A DNA stretch of 64,000 nt from an uncultured Actinomycetes bacterium (GTDB lineage: Bacteria; Actinomycetota; Actinomycetes; Streptosporangiales; Streptosporangiaceae): the NCBI GenBank assembly GCA_963795795.1, contig CAWCJS010000005.1, positions 134,011 to 198,010 of the forward strand, read 5' to 3'. A program made the position numbers and the translations under genes. Positions 10,080 to 20,297 of the stretch are shown piece by piece. A model generated the notes under the pieces. The model was not told the origin of the DNA. It ran no database searches and saw nothing but the letters and a program-made list of their open reading frames with translations. Within the stretch, counting starts at the first letter, position 1; each line of letters starts with the position of its first letter.

Positions 10080-11297
10080 ATGAGCGGATTCGCCCTGGGG
10101 CGGCTGGCCTCGCCCGTGACGGCGAACGTGCTGGGGGGCTTCGCCGTGGTGGTGGTGGCCGCTGCCATCGCGCTCGAGGTCCTGGGGCACGAGGGGAACC
10201 TCGGGCAGAGCATCGGGAACCTCGTCATCTTCGTGACGCTCGGGACGGCCGGCCTCGTGGTGGCCCGAGCCCAGCCGCGCAACCCGGTGGGCTGGCTGCT
10301 GCTCACCGGCGCCCTGGCCTTGGCCCTGTCCTCGGCCGCCGGAGAGTACGAGGTCCTGATCTACCGGCAAGGCCACCGCACGCTGCCGTTCGGCCCGGTG
10401 GCGGTCCTGCTCAACCTCCTCTGGTCGCCAGGGATCGTGTCGCTCGGGCTCATCATGCTGCTGTTTCCCGACGGCCGGCTGACGCGCGGGTGGCGCCGGG
10501 TGATGTGGGCCTACCTCGCGGTCGGCGCCTGCTGGCCGGCCGGCATCTACGCGGTCGCGGTGAGCACCATCGCCGGGCACCGGATCCGGGTGGACAGCGG
10601 CGGCGGCCTGACCATCATCGACAGCCCCTCGGGCAGCGCCGCCTGGCTGGGTACGGCGCAGGAACTGATCGTGCCGCTCCTGGTGGTGTTCTGGGTGGTG
10701 ATCCTGGTCCACCAGGCGGCCCGCTACCGCAGCGCTTCCGGAGATGAGCGCGCCCAGCTCAAGTGGCTGGTCTGGGGCGCGATGGTGTTCACGCTCGGCG
10801 GTGCGGTCATCGTCCTGGCCGGCACGCTTGCCCCGAACCCCTCGACCGTCGTCCAGATCGCCGAGGACCTCGCCCTGGTGGCCCTGAACGCCTTCCCGCT
10901 CAGCGTCGGGGTCGCGATCTTGAAGTACCGGCTGTACGAGATCGACCGGATCATCTCCCGTACCCTGGCGTACGCGATCGTGACCGGGCTGCTGGTCGGC
11001 TGCTACATCGGGGTGGTGGCGCTGGCCACGGACGTGCTCGCGTTCGGGGGCACCGTCGGGGTGGCCGTCTCCACGCTCGCGGTGGCGGCGCTGTTCAACC
11101 CGGTGCGGCGCCGGGTGCAGCGGATCGTGGACCGCCGGTTCAACCGGGCCAGGTACGACGCCGACCAGACCGTCAGCGCGTTCGCGGCGCGGCTGCAGGA
11201 CGCGGTGGACCCAGCGGCCGTGCAGGACGATCTGCTGAGCGCGGTGCAGCGTTCGCTGGAGCCTGCGCACGCCTCGCTCTGGCTCAGCCGGGAGTAG
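10080..11297 (+). CDS. polytopic membrane protein resembling the sensor module of actinobacterial histidine kinases, with no kinase domain (paralog of 26795..27980)
   Basis: Multiple TM segments. Conserved block VGVAILKYRLYEIDRIISRTLAYAIVTG ... FNPVRRRVQRIVDRRFNRARYDADQTV. The start is 10080 (GAGGGGGG upstream) or 9987. Confidence 0.6.
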   Translation: MSGFALGRLASPVTANVLGGFAVVVVAAAIALEVLGHEGNLGQSIGNLVIFVTLGTAGLVVARAQPRNPVGWLLLTGALALALSSAAGEYEVLIYRQGHRTLPFGPVAVLLNLLWSPGIVSLGLIMLLFPDGRLTRGWRRVMWAYLAVGACWPAGIYAVAVSTIAGHRIRVDSGGGLTIIDSPSGSAAWLGTAQELIVPLLVVFWVVILVHQAARYRSASGDERAQLKWLVWGAMVFTLGGAVIVLAGTLAPNPSTVVQIAEDLALVALNAFPLSVGVAILKYRLYEIDRIISRTLAYAIVTGLLVGCYIGVVALATDVLAFGGTVGVAVSTLAVAALFNPVRRRVQRIVDRRFNRARYDADQTVSAFAARLQDAVDPAAVQDDLLSAVQRSLEPAHASLWLSRE

Positions 11298-11398
11298 GCC
11301 GCCGGGCACCAGGCGGCGCCATGGTAGGCGTTTGTCTATCGGCTGCCGTAGGCGTAGCTCCATTGACCGCCCTACCGGGGTGAGCAACGCTGAGAGCC

Positions 11399-12391
11399 AT
11401 GGTCTGGCGGATCCACTTCACGCCTGAGGATCTCCAGCGGGTCCAGGTCACTCCTACCCTCGGCCCGCTGGCCGAGACGGTCATGGCGATGTGCCTGCTC
11501 CGTTGCCCCATGCAGCCCAGCGGGCTGTACCGCAAGTGGCGCGGCCAGGTCATGAGCAAGGTCACCCCCCAGATGACGGCGCTGGCGAACCTGATTCCGG
11601 TCGGTTCCAAGGGAGTGGACCTGTGCACGCTCACCGGTCCGGAGCCCACCATCGAGCAGGGCCTCAAGGCGCTGATGGAAATGCCTCGCGACCACTACCT
11701 GGTCGAGGTCGAGTACGTCGCCATGAATCACAAGCTGCCCGCGGCCGCCTGGGCGGTCGCCGAGGCAGACGGGCGGGCCCGGTACGAGCTGGCGCAGGCG
11801 GCGCGGGCGGCGCACCGGGTGCTGGTCGCACCGTACTGGCGGCGGATCGAGGCGTGCCTGCACGCCGAGCAGGTCACCCGCAGCCGGGTGCTGGCCCTCG
11901 GCGGGCCCGAGCGGCTGCTGGCCTCGATCCAGGGTGAGATGATCCGCTGGCGGCCGCCGGTCCTCGAGGTGCACATGTGCGGCGATTTCGACCTAGACCT
12001 GGAAGGCCGCGGCCTCACGCTGGTGCCTTCGGTGTTCGTAGGCGCCGTTCCCAGCCTGCACCAGAACCCGAACGACGAAACGGCGGCGCCCGTCCTGGTC
12101 TTGCCCCTGGCCGACGAACGGGTCCGGCACGGCCATCTGTGGGATAGCCCGAAGGACCGGACGATGGCGCTGGCGGCACTGGTCGGGCGGAACCGGGCGG
12201 CGGTGCTGAGCGCCATCGCCGAGGGCGGCACGACCACCGAGGTGGCCAGCCGGGTGGGCATCTCGCTCGCGGCGGCCAGCCAGCACGCGTCCGTCCTGCG
12301 CAGCGCGGGCCTTATCATCACCCGCCGGCAGGGCAGTTCTGTCCTGCACGTGCTGACCCCGCTGGGCGCCGAGCTGCTGCAAGCCGGCTAG
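11399..12391 (+). CDS. ArsR-family (winged-helix) transcriptional regulator with a long N-terminal domain
   Basis: The C-terminal HTH region LVGRNRAAVLSAIAEGGTTTEVASRVGISLAAASQHASVLRSAGLIITRRQGSSVLHVLTPLG is typical of ArsR/SmtB-like wHTH proteins. Confidence 0.7.
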   Translation: MVWRIHFTPEDLQRVQVTPTLGPLAETVMAMCLLRCPMQPSGLYRKWRGQVMSKVTPQMTALANLIPVGSKGVDLCTLTGPEPTIEQGLKALMEMPRDHYLVEVEYVAMNHKLPAAAWAVAEADGRARYELAQAARAAHRVLVAPYWRRIEACLHAEQVTRSRVLALGGPERLLASIQGEMIRWRPPVLEVHMCGDFDLDLEGRGLTLVPSVFVGAVPSLHQNPNDETAAPVLVLPLADERVRHGHLWDSPKDRTMALAALVGRNRAAVLSAIAEGGTTTEVASRVGISLAAASQHASVLRSAGLIITRRQGSSVLHVLTPLGAELLQAG

Positions 12392-12420
12392 GCAAACCGC
12401 TTAGGGCAGGCGCCGGGTCG

Positions 12421-12476
12421 GCCTTTGCTGACTCCGCTGGCTTTGCTAACTCTGCTGGCTTTGCTAACTCTGCTGG
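12421..12476. repeat. 18-bp tandem repeat (about 3 copies), intergenic
   Basis: GCTGGCTTTGCTAACTCT occurs twice perfectly (12436-12453 and 12454-12471), with degenerate copies on each side. Confidence 0.8.
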
Positions 12477-12700
12477 GCGCCTATCTATCGCAAGCCACGT
12501 CGTCCTGGGTGAAGCAGGCTGGCCACCGTCGGCCGGACAATGGCCAGCCTGCCTCGGATCGGACCACCGGCGTGTGGTTCCGCGTTCAGCTTCACAGTGG
12601 GCGCCAACCTGCGGCAAAGCCTTTCGGCTGAGGCCGAAAGGGTGGGGGAAAGACTACCGACAGCTTCGGCTGTGGCCGAAAGGCCCTTTGGAACGGGTGA

Positions 12701-12730
12701 TTGACAGCCGACACAGAAATGCGTCAAGAT
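12701..12730 (+). promoter_or_regulatory. candidate sigma-70-type promoter of the deoR operon
   Basis: TTGACA (12701-12706), an 18-nt spacer, then CAAGAT (12725-12730). AGGAG lies 5 nt before the ATG at 12759. Confidence 0.3.
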
Positions 12731-12758
12731 CGGTAAACAACGGTCATACAGGAGCCGT

Positions 12759-13529
12759 ATGCTGCCGACTCAGCGCCGTCAGGCCATCCTCGCCGAGGTC
12801 CGCCAGGCGAAGGCGGTCTCCGCCGACGAACTGGCCAGGCAGTTCGGCGTCTCGCTGGAGACGATCAGGCGGGACCTGCGCGGGCTGCGGGACCAGGGCC
12901 TGCTCGAACGCGTCTACGGCGGCGCGCTGTCCGTGCGGTCCACCGAGGGGACCTTCGCCACCCGGAGCGCCCTGCACGCCGAGCGGAAGCGGGCCATCGC
13001 CCGGCTCGCCGCGACGCTGGTCGGACCCGACGACACCATCGTCATCGACATCGGCACGACCGCGCTCGAGGTGGCCAGGGCGCTGCCCGCCGGGTTCCGC
13101 GGCCGGGTCCTGACCAACTCGGTGCCCGCGGCGATGGAACTCGCCGGACACGAGGACGTCGAGCTGCTGCTGTCGGGCGGGCAGGTGCGGACCGGCGACG
13201 CGGCCTGCTTCGGCGCGCACGCCGAGGCGTTCTTCGGCGAGTTCTACGCCGACCTGGCGTTCCTCGGGTCCGGCGGGGTACACCCCCGGGCCGGGCTGAC
13301 CGACTACCACCCACACGAGGTCATCACCAGGCGGACGATCATCGAGCACGCGGCCGCCTCCTACGTCCTGGCCGATTCGAGCAAGCTCGGGACCATCGCC
13401 GTGCACCGGGTCTGCCCGCTGAGTCACGTCACCGCCGTCCTTACCGATCACCAAGCCAGCCCCGAGGTCGTCGAAGCCCTCGCCGGGGCTGGCTGCACCG
13501 TCTTGCTTGGGACCAACCCTGAGGAGTGA
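12759..13529 (+). CDS. DeoR-family transcriptional regulator
   Basis: N-terminal HTH RRQAILAEVRQAKAVSADELARQFGVSLETIRRDLRGL and a DeoR C-terminal sugar-phosphate sensor domain. Confidence 0.9.
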   Translation: MLPTQRRQAILAEVRQAKAVSADELARQFGVSLETIRRDLRGLRDQGLLERVYGGALSVRSTEGTFATRSALHAERKRAIARLAATLVGPDDTIVIDIGTTALEVARALPAGFRGRVLTNSVPAAMELAGHEDVELLLSGGQVRTGDAACFGAHAEAFFGEFYADLAFLGSGGVHPRAGLTDYHPHEVITRRTIIEHAAASYVLADSSKLGTIAVHRVCPLSHVTAVLTDHQASPEVVEALAGAGCTVLLGTNPEE

Positions 13530-14975
13530 TTTACGTGAGCACGGATACCGAAGACACGGTGCTGGAACAGTTCGGCTACCGCCAGCAGTTCACCCGCTCA
13601 CTGCGCCAATTCGAGTCGTTCGCCGTGGCGTTCTCGTTCATCTCCATCACCACCGGGATCTTCACCACCTACGCGTTCGCCCTGGCCGTAGGCGGGACCC
13701 GATCCATCTGGACCTGGCCTATCGTGATAGCCGGGCAGGCGCTCGTGGCCCTGGTCTACGGGGCGCTCTCGGTCCGGGTCCCGCTGTCCGGGTACTCCTA
13801 CCAGTGGGCGTCCCGGCTGGCCAACACCGGGGTCGGGTGGTGGTTCGGCTGGATGTCGTTCGCCTTCCTCACCATCGTGACCGTGTCGGTCGACTACGGC
13901 CTGGTCCAGGTGGCCTTCCAGCCGCTGATCGGCGAGGCGTACTCCCCCACCAGCGCGGCGCTGGAGACGCTCGTCGTGCTGGCCCTCCAGGCGGCCCTGA
14001 TCATCTACTCGACCAGGGCCACCACCCGGGTCAATAACACCGCAGTGGCCACGGAGATCATCGGGATCGCGGGCCTGACCGTCCTGCTGCTGATCGTGGC
14101 CGCGGTCAGGTCCATGGGGCACTGGTCCAACCTGGGCGCCACCGGCTCGGTCCCGCACCTCGGGTACTACGGGTACCTCGGGCCGTTCATGGTGGCCACG
14201 CTGCTCGGCGCGTACACGATCGTGGGCTTCGAGTCGGCGAGCAACCTGGCCGAGGAAACGCAGGAGCCGCACAAGGTCATCCCGCGGGCGATGCTCCGCG
14301 CGGTGCTGCTGTCCGGCGATCGTCGGGTTCTTGTTCCTGGTCGTCCTGGCCTACGCGACGAACAAGGCGGCGTACGCCAGTGCCGCGCCGGTCGCGTCGA
14401 TCGTGCACGACGTGCTCGGCGGGGTGGTGCAGAAGATCTTCCTCGTCTTCGTCTGCGTGTCGATCTTCGCCTGCGGCCTGGTCATCATGGTGACCAACGG
14501 CCGGCTGATCTTCTCGATGGCGCGGGACCGCCGGCTGCCCGGCCACCAGATCCTCAGCCGGGTGCCGCGGGCGAGCGCGGGGCCGCCCTGGGCCACCATC
14601 CTGGCCGCGGTGCTCGGCGGCGTCATCACGCTGGTGCTGATCAACCACTTCTCCGCGCTGGCCACGCTGTTCACCGCCTCCACGATCATGCCCGCGCTGC
14701 TGTACGCGGGCACGGTCCTGCTGTACGTGTTCACCCGACCCCGGCGTGACCAGGGCGAGCACCACCGCCCGTTCGGGAAATGGGAAATACCGATTATCGC
14801 GGGGGCCCTGATCTGGCTGGCCTACGAGCTGATCATCCTGATCGGGCCGGCCGTGTTCCGCGACGCGCAGTACTACGTGCTCGGCGCGCTCGGCTTGGGG
14901 CTGGTGGTCTACGTGGTGCAGCTGATTACCGAGCCGCGGGCGATGCGTACCGAGCCCGGGCAGAGCCCGGACTAG
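13526..14975 (+). pseudogene. APC-superfamily amino acid/polyamine permease, frame broken near 14315
   Basis: TM-rich with motif GFESASNLAEETQEPHKVIPRA. After RAVLLSG the frame shifts, and the next frame continues IVGFLFLVVLAYAT... to the stop at 14975. The start is 13526 (GTGA overlap with deoR) or 13535. Confidence 0.7.
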
Positions 14976-14977
14976 GC

Positions 14978-16411
14978 GTGAACGTCCTGGCTATCGACCA
15001 GGGCACCTCGGCCACCAAGGCGCTGCTGGTCGGGCCGGGCGGCGAGGTGCTCGGGCACGGCGAGGTGCCCGTCCGCACGCGGAGCGTGGGCGAAGGCGGG
15101 GTGGAGGCCGACCCGGAGGAGCTATTCGGGTCGGTGGTCGCGGCCGGCGAGGCGGCGCTGGCCGCGGCGGGCGCGCCTGCGCACGCGGTCGCGCTGGCCA
15201 ACCAGGGCGAGACCGTGCTCGCCTGGGACCCGGCCACGGGCAGGCCGCTGACCCCGGCGATCGTGTGGCAGGACCGCCGCGCGTCGGTGGTCTGCGACCG
15301 CCTCGCGGACCGGGCGGCCGAACTGTCGGCGATCACCGGCCTGCCGCTCGACCCGTACTTCGCCGCGCCGAAGATGACCTGGCTGCGCGAGAACCTGACC
15401 GCGGACGGCGTGGTCACCACGACCGACACGTGGCTGCTGCGCAGGCTGGGCGCGGGGTACGTGACCGACGCCGCGACCGCCTCGCGGACGATGCTGCTCG
15501 ACCTCGGGGCGGTGGAGTGGTCGGAGGCGGCGTGCGCGGCGTTCGGGATCGAGGCGGGGGCGCTGCCGCGGGTGGCGGACTGCGCGGGGGTCGTGGGTGA
15601 GACGTCGGCGTTCGGGCGGGCGATTCCGGTCGCCGGGATCGCGGTCGACCAGCAGGCGGCGCTGCTCGCCCAGCGCTGCCTGGCGGCGGGCGACGCGAAG
15701 TGCACCTACGGGACCGGGGCGTTCCTGCTGGTCACTTCGGGGTCCGTCGCGGCGCGGTCCGGCGCGGGGCTGTCCGCGTCGGTGGCCTGGCGGCTGGGCG
15801 GCGAGGCCACGTACTGCCTGGACGGGCAGGTGTACACGGCGGGGTCGGCGCTGAAGTGGCTGGCGGGTCTCGGTGTGATCGGTTCACCGGCCGACCTCGA
15901 CGCGGTGGGTTCGACCGTGCCCGACTCCGGCGGGGTGATCTTCGTGCCCGCGCTGGCCGGGCTCGGCGCGCCGTACTGGGCACCGGGCGCGCGAGGGCTG
16001 CTGTCCGGGCTGACGCTCGGGACCACGCGGGGGCACCTGGCCCGCGCGGTCGCCGAGGGCATCGCCGCGTCGGTGGCCGAACTGGTCGCGGCGGCGTCCG
16101 CCGACCTGGGGCGGCCGCTCACGTCGCTGCGCGTGGACGGCGGGCTGACCGGATCCCGGCTGCTCATGCAGGCGCAGGCCGACCTGCTGCAGCTGCCCGT
16201 GCTCCTGTCCAGGTCCGGGGCCGCGGACGCGACCGCGCTCGGCGTGGCGGCGCTGGCGCGGCTGGGCACCGGGGAGGCGGGTTCGGTGGGCGAGGCCCTC
16301 GGGCCAGCTGAGGTGGAAGAGGTGGTGGAACCGTCGATCACCGCCGACGAGGCGGCCGGTCGGCTGACGGCTTTCCGATCCGCGGTCGAGGCGATTCTGG
16401 CCGAACGATGA
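14978..16411 (+). CDS. FGGY-family carbohydrate kinase (glycerol-kinase-like)
   Basis: LAIDQGTSATKALL, NQGETVLAWD, IVWQDRR, PYFAAPKMTWL and GTGAFLL motifs. The GTG start lies 2 nt after the permease stop. Confidence 0.85.
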   Translation: MNVLAIDQGTSATKALLVGPGGEVLGHGEVPVRTRSVGEGGVEADPEELFGSVVAAGEAALAAAGAPAHAVALANQGETVLAWDPATGRPLTPAIVWQDRRASVVCDRLADRAAELSAITGLPLDPYFAAPKMTWLRENLTADGVVTTTDTWLLRRLGAGYVTDAATASRTMLLDLGAVEWSEAACAAFGIEAGALPRVADCAGVVGETSAFGRAIPVAGIAVDQQAALLAQRCLAAGDAKCTYGTGAFLLVTSGSVAARSGAGLSASVAWRLGGEATYCLDGQVYTAGSALKWLAGLGVIGSPADLDAVGSTVPDSGGVIFVPALAGLGAPYWAPGARGLLSGLTLGTTRGHLARAVAEGIAASVAELVAAASADLGRPLTSLRVDGGLTGSRLLMQAQADLLQLPVLLSRSGAADATALGVAALARLGTGEAGSVGEALGPAEVEEVVEPSITADEAAGRLTAFRSAVEAILAER

Positions 16412-17853
16412 CGGATCCGGGGTCCGCCGTCTCCGACGTGATCATCGTCGGCGCGGGGGTGGTCGGCGCCGCGATCGCGCGCACGCTGGCGCGCTACCGC
16501 CTGGACTGCGTGCTGGCCGATGCGGCGCTTGACGTGGGTACGGGCACGTCGAAGGCGAACACCGCGATCCTGCACACCGGGTTCGACGCCAAGCCGGGCA
16601 CGCTGGAGAGCCGGCTGCTGGCTCGCGGCAGCGCGCTGCTGCGCGAGTACGCCGCGGCCACCGGTATCCCGGTGGAGTACACCGGCGCGCTGCTGGTGGC
16701 CTGGACGGCGGAGCAGTTTGCGGCCTTGCCGGGGCTGGCGGAGAACGCGCGGCAGAACGGGTACCTGGCCATGCGGCAGGTCGGGGCCGGTGAGCTGTAC
16801 GCGCGGGAGCCCGCGCTGGGGCCGGGGGCGCTGGGGGCGCTGGAGATCCCCGACGAGGCGATCATCTGCCCGTGGACGACGCCGCTGGCGTTCGCGACCG
16901 AGGCGGTCGGAGCGGGCGTCCGGCTGGTGCTCGGGGCTGGCGTGACCGAGGTTTCTGCGTTCGACGGGTTTTATGAGCTCGCGACGACGCGCGGGGTTTT
17001 GCGCGGTCGGTGGGTAGTCAACGCGGCCGGGCTGGGCAGCGACGTGATCGACCGGATGTTCGGCGGGGACGGGTTCACGATCCGGCCGCGGCGGGGCGAG
17101 CTGATCGTGTTCGACAAGCTGGCCCGGCCGCTGCTGCGGTCGATCCTGCTGCCGGTGCCGACCGCGCGGAGCAAGGGGGTGCTCGTCGCGCCGACGGTGT
17201 ACGGGAACGTGCTGCTGGGGCCGACGGCCGAGGACGTCCCGGACCGTTCTGATACTGCGACGACGGCCGCCGGGCTTGAGTCGCTGATGGCGGCGGGGCG
17301 GCGCATCCTGCCCGGGCTGGCCGACGAGGAGGTCACCGCGACGTACGCCGGGCTGCGGGCCGCGACTGAGCACGCGGACTACCAGATCCGCGTCGACGGC
17401 GCGCGGCGGTACGCGTGCGTGGCCGGGATCCGGTCCACTGGGCTTTCGGCGTCGCTGGGCATCGCCGAGCACGTGGTCGGGTTGCTGGGCGAGGCGGGGT
17501 TGGCGCTGCTTCCCCGGTCGTCTGCTGTGCCCCTGCCGCGGATGCCGTATATCGGGGAGGAACATGGGTCGGGGCGGCGGCCGTACCAGGACGCGGAGCT
17601 CATCGCGGGCGACTCGGCCTACGGGGAGATGGTGTGCCACTGCGAGCGGGTCAGCCTGGGTGAGGTGAGAGACGCGCTGGCCAGCCCGGTCCCGCCCGCC
17701 GACCTCGGCGGGCTGCGCCGCAGGACCCGGGCCATGAACGGGCGCTGCCAGGGGTTCTTCTGCGCGGCCGCCGTGTCCCGGCTGTTCGATTCCCGGCCGC
17801 GGTCTGGCCTGGCGCCCGCTGCGGAGGCCGCCGAGGAGGTGCGGCGGCCGTGA
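16408..17853 (+). CDS. FAD-dependent dehydrogenase of the glycerol-3-phosphate dehydrogenase (GlpA-like) type with a C-terminal BFD-like [2Fe-2S] domain
   Basis: DVIIVGAGVVGAAIAR Rossmann motif. C-terminal CHCERVSLGEVRDAL ... CQGFFC cysteine pattern. ATGA overlap with the kinase gene. Confidence 0.75.
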   Translation: MTDPGSAVSDVIIVGAGVVGAAIARTLARYRLDCVLADAALDVGTGTSKANTAILHTGFDAKPGTLESRLLARGSALLREYAAATGIPVEYTGALLVAWTAEQFAALPGLAENARQNGYLAMRQVGAGELYAREPALGPGALGALEIPDEAIICPWTTPLAFATEAVGAGVRLVLGAGVTEVSAFDGFYELATTRGVLRGRWVVNAAGLGSDVIDRMFGGDGFTIRPRRGELIVFDKLARPLLRSILLPVPTARSKGVLVAPTVYGNVLLGPTAEDVPDRSDTATTAAGLESLMAAGRRILPGLADEEVTATYAGLRAATEHADYQIRVDGARRYACVAGIRSTGLSASLGIAEHVVGLLGEAGLALLPRSSAVPLPRMPYIGEEHGSGRRPYQDAELIAGDSAYGEMVCHCERVSLGEVRDALASPVPPADLGGLRRRTRAMNGRCQGFFCAAAVSRLFDSRPRSGLAPAAEAAEEVRRP

Positions 17854-19108
17854 CCGTGGACGTGCTAGTGGTCGGGGCCGGTCCGGCCGGGCTTTCCGCG
17901 GCGGCCGAACTGCGGCGGCTCGGGGTGAGGTCGGTACTGGTGGCCGACCGGGAGGCGGAGGCGGGCGGAATCCCGCGGCACAGCTGGCACACCGGGTACG
18001 GACTGCGTGACCTGCATCGGGTCATGACCGGTCCGGCGTACGCGCGGGCGCTGGCCGAGGCGGCGGTGGCGGCCGGGGCCGAGGTCCGCCTGGGGACGAC
18101 GGTGACTGTGCTGCGGGCCTGGCACCTCGAGCGGCTTCGGGGTGACGATGACCAGCGCCCGGGGCATCGAGACGGTGGGCGCGACGGGTCGTGCTGCTCG
18201 CCACCGGGTGCCGGGAGCGGCCGCGGACGGCGCGGCTGATCCCGGGTGACCGCCCGGCTGGGGTGATGACGACCGGCGAGCTGCAGCAGCGGGTTTACCT
18301 GGGGCACGAGCGGTTGCCCGGCCGGGCGCTGGTGGTGGGGGCGGAGCACGTGAGCTTCTCGGCGGCCGTGACGCTCGCGCACGCGGGCGCTCGCGTGGTG
18401 GCGCTGGTCACCGAGTACGAGCGGCAGCAGAGCTACGCGGCGTTCCGGGCCGGCGCGGCGCTGCGGTGGCGGGTCCCGGTCTGGACCTCGACCGCGGTGC
18501 GGCGGGTGGACGGGCGGGAGCGCCTCGCCGGGGTGGAGGTGGCGGACCTGCGCACCGGGGCGACGCGGTTCGTCCCGTGCGACACGCTGGTTTTTACCGC
18601 GGACTGGATTCCCGATCACGAGCTGGCGCGGCACGCCGGGCTGGACCTGGATCCCGGGACCCGCGGGCCGACGGTGGACACCCGGCTGCGGACTTCGGCC
18701 GCGGGCGTGTTCGCCGCGGGGAACCTGGTGCACGCGGCCGAGACGGCGGACATCGCCGCCCTGTCGGGGCGGCACGCCGCGCGGCAGATCGCCGGCATGC
18801 TCGCCGCGGGGACCGGCGATTTGCTGGAGGGGCGGCTCCCGGTGCGGGCCGAGCCGCCGCTGCGGTGGATCTCGCCGAACGCCATCGCTGTGGGAGAAGG
18901 CGGGCGCGCCGTCCCTCCCCCGCTCGGCCGGTTCGTGCTGCGCAGCCAGGAGTTCCGGAGGGTGGCCCGGCTGGAGGTCCGGCAGGACGGCCGGGTCCTC
19001 GGCCGGTCCGGGCCGGTGCGGCTGATCCCGGGGCGGCCGACACATCTCGGCGCGGGCTGGCTGACGCGGGTGGATCCCGATGGCGGTCCCGTTTACGTGG
19101 CACTGTAG
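17850..19108 (+). pseudogene. NAD(P)/FAD-dependent (pyridine nucleotide-disulfide type) oxidoreductase, two frame breaks (about 18118 and about 18180)
   Basis: VLVVGAGPAGLSAAAEL is in frame 3. GTSSGFGVTMTSARGIETVGA is in frame 1. RRVVLLATGCRERPRTARLIPGD and the rest are in frame 2. GTGA overlap with the upstream gene. Confidence 0.7.
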
Positions 19109-19409
19109 CTATTCGTCCCCTGGCACGGCACAGAGTGATCCACCAGAATGACTGGACAGGCGCCGATCTAGGGATGGGTGACGCCGGGACGCCGTGAGGA
19201 TCTCATGGGGGTGGGCTTGTGACGTATCACTTGGCTGTTCCGCTCTACCCGGGCAGCGATGAAAGCGTGATTTTCCAAGATACGCGGGTACTGGTGGGTG
19301 ATGGGTAGTCAGCTCAGACTCACGGGGGTGCAGACGGTGGCGGGAGCGCTGCCCATGCAGTATCCCTACGACGTGATGGTCACCTTCGCGTCCTGGAGCT
19401 ACACACAAC

Positions 19410-20048
19410 TCATCGGGGTCTCCTCGAACGGCGAGCGGGTCGTCTGGCAGCGCCAGAACTGAGGATCGCGGTGGCGGCCAGGCCGGAGGCGATCGTGGCG
19501 GCCGCGGAGAGCAGCAGGGTGTGCTGGGCGCCGAGCCACGTGGTGAGCGGGCCGCCGAGCGCGGTGCCGAGCGGGGCCGCGAGCACGGTCAGCGCGCCGC
19601 GGGCCGCCAGGACCTGGGAGAGTAGTTCCGGCGGACTCTCCCGCTGGAACAAGGTGGCGGACAGGGCGGGGTAGGGCGCGTACAGCAGGCCGCCGGCGGC
19701 GAAGCAGGCCAGGGCGGGGACCTCCAGGCGGAGCAGGCCCAGCGGGGCAAGCACGACACCCCAGCCGATCACCGCCACGATCAGGACCGGCCACAGCGGG
19801 AGCCGACGGGCGAGCCCGGCGATGAGGCTGCCGGCGGTGGCGCCGATCCCGAACACGAACCAGAACAGCCCGAGGAGTCCGGCGCCGCCGCGGAGCGGGC
19901 CGGTCACGTACAGCGGGAGAGCCACCTCGACGGGGCCGTACAGGAAGTAGTAGACCAGGGTCAGGACGAGCAGTCCGGCCAGCGGGCGGCTGCGGGCGAT
20001 CACGGCGAACCCGCGCGCCCGGTCTGGCTCGTCGGCTTCCGCGGCCAC
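19410..20048 (-). pseudogene. MFS transporter remnant (C-terminal six-TM half only)
   Basis: The ORF starts in what looks like the central cytoplasmic loop and continues with 6 TM segments. No N-terminal half exists upstream, because the next gene begins at 20298. Confidence 0.6.
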
Positions 20049-20117
20049 GTCCGTCCCTGCGTTCGCCCTCGCCTCGCCGGCCTGCGCGGCGGCCGGACCG
20101 GTCAGCCCGCGACTCCC

Positions 20118-20225
20118 CCCGGTCCCATGGACTCCGATCCTGGACTATCAGGCGCGAGCCGGGCGGCTGAGGCCCGGCGCAGCCGCACTCTTCCCGGTCC
20201 CATGGACTTCGATGCTGGACCATGG
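20118..20225. repeat. imperfect direct repeat pair upstream of the MFS remnant
   Basis: CCGGTCCCATGGACTCCGATCCTGGAC (about 20118-20144) and CCGGTCCCATGGACTTCGATGCTGGAC (about 20193-20219). The second is followed by CATGGGG, which could pair with CCCATG. Confidence 0.6.
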
Positions 20226-20297
20226 GGCGTGAGCGACCGCGAGTCGCTTCGCGTGGCGTGGCTCATCGGGTCCCCTGGCGGCCGGTCCTGGTTCGGG

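Noticed and set aside
19271-19462. Small plus-strand ORF (…MGSQLRLTGVQTVAGALPMQYPYDVMVTFASWSYTQLIGVSSNGERVVWQRQN)
   Set aside because: It is only 53 aa from its ATG. It has no convincing RBS, overlaps the MFS remnant's 3' end by 50 nt, and matches no recognisable family. It is possibly a fragment of a SUKH-like immunity protein, but that is unsupported.
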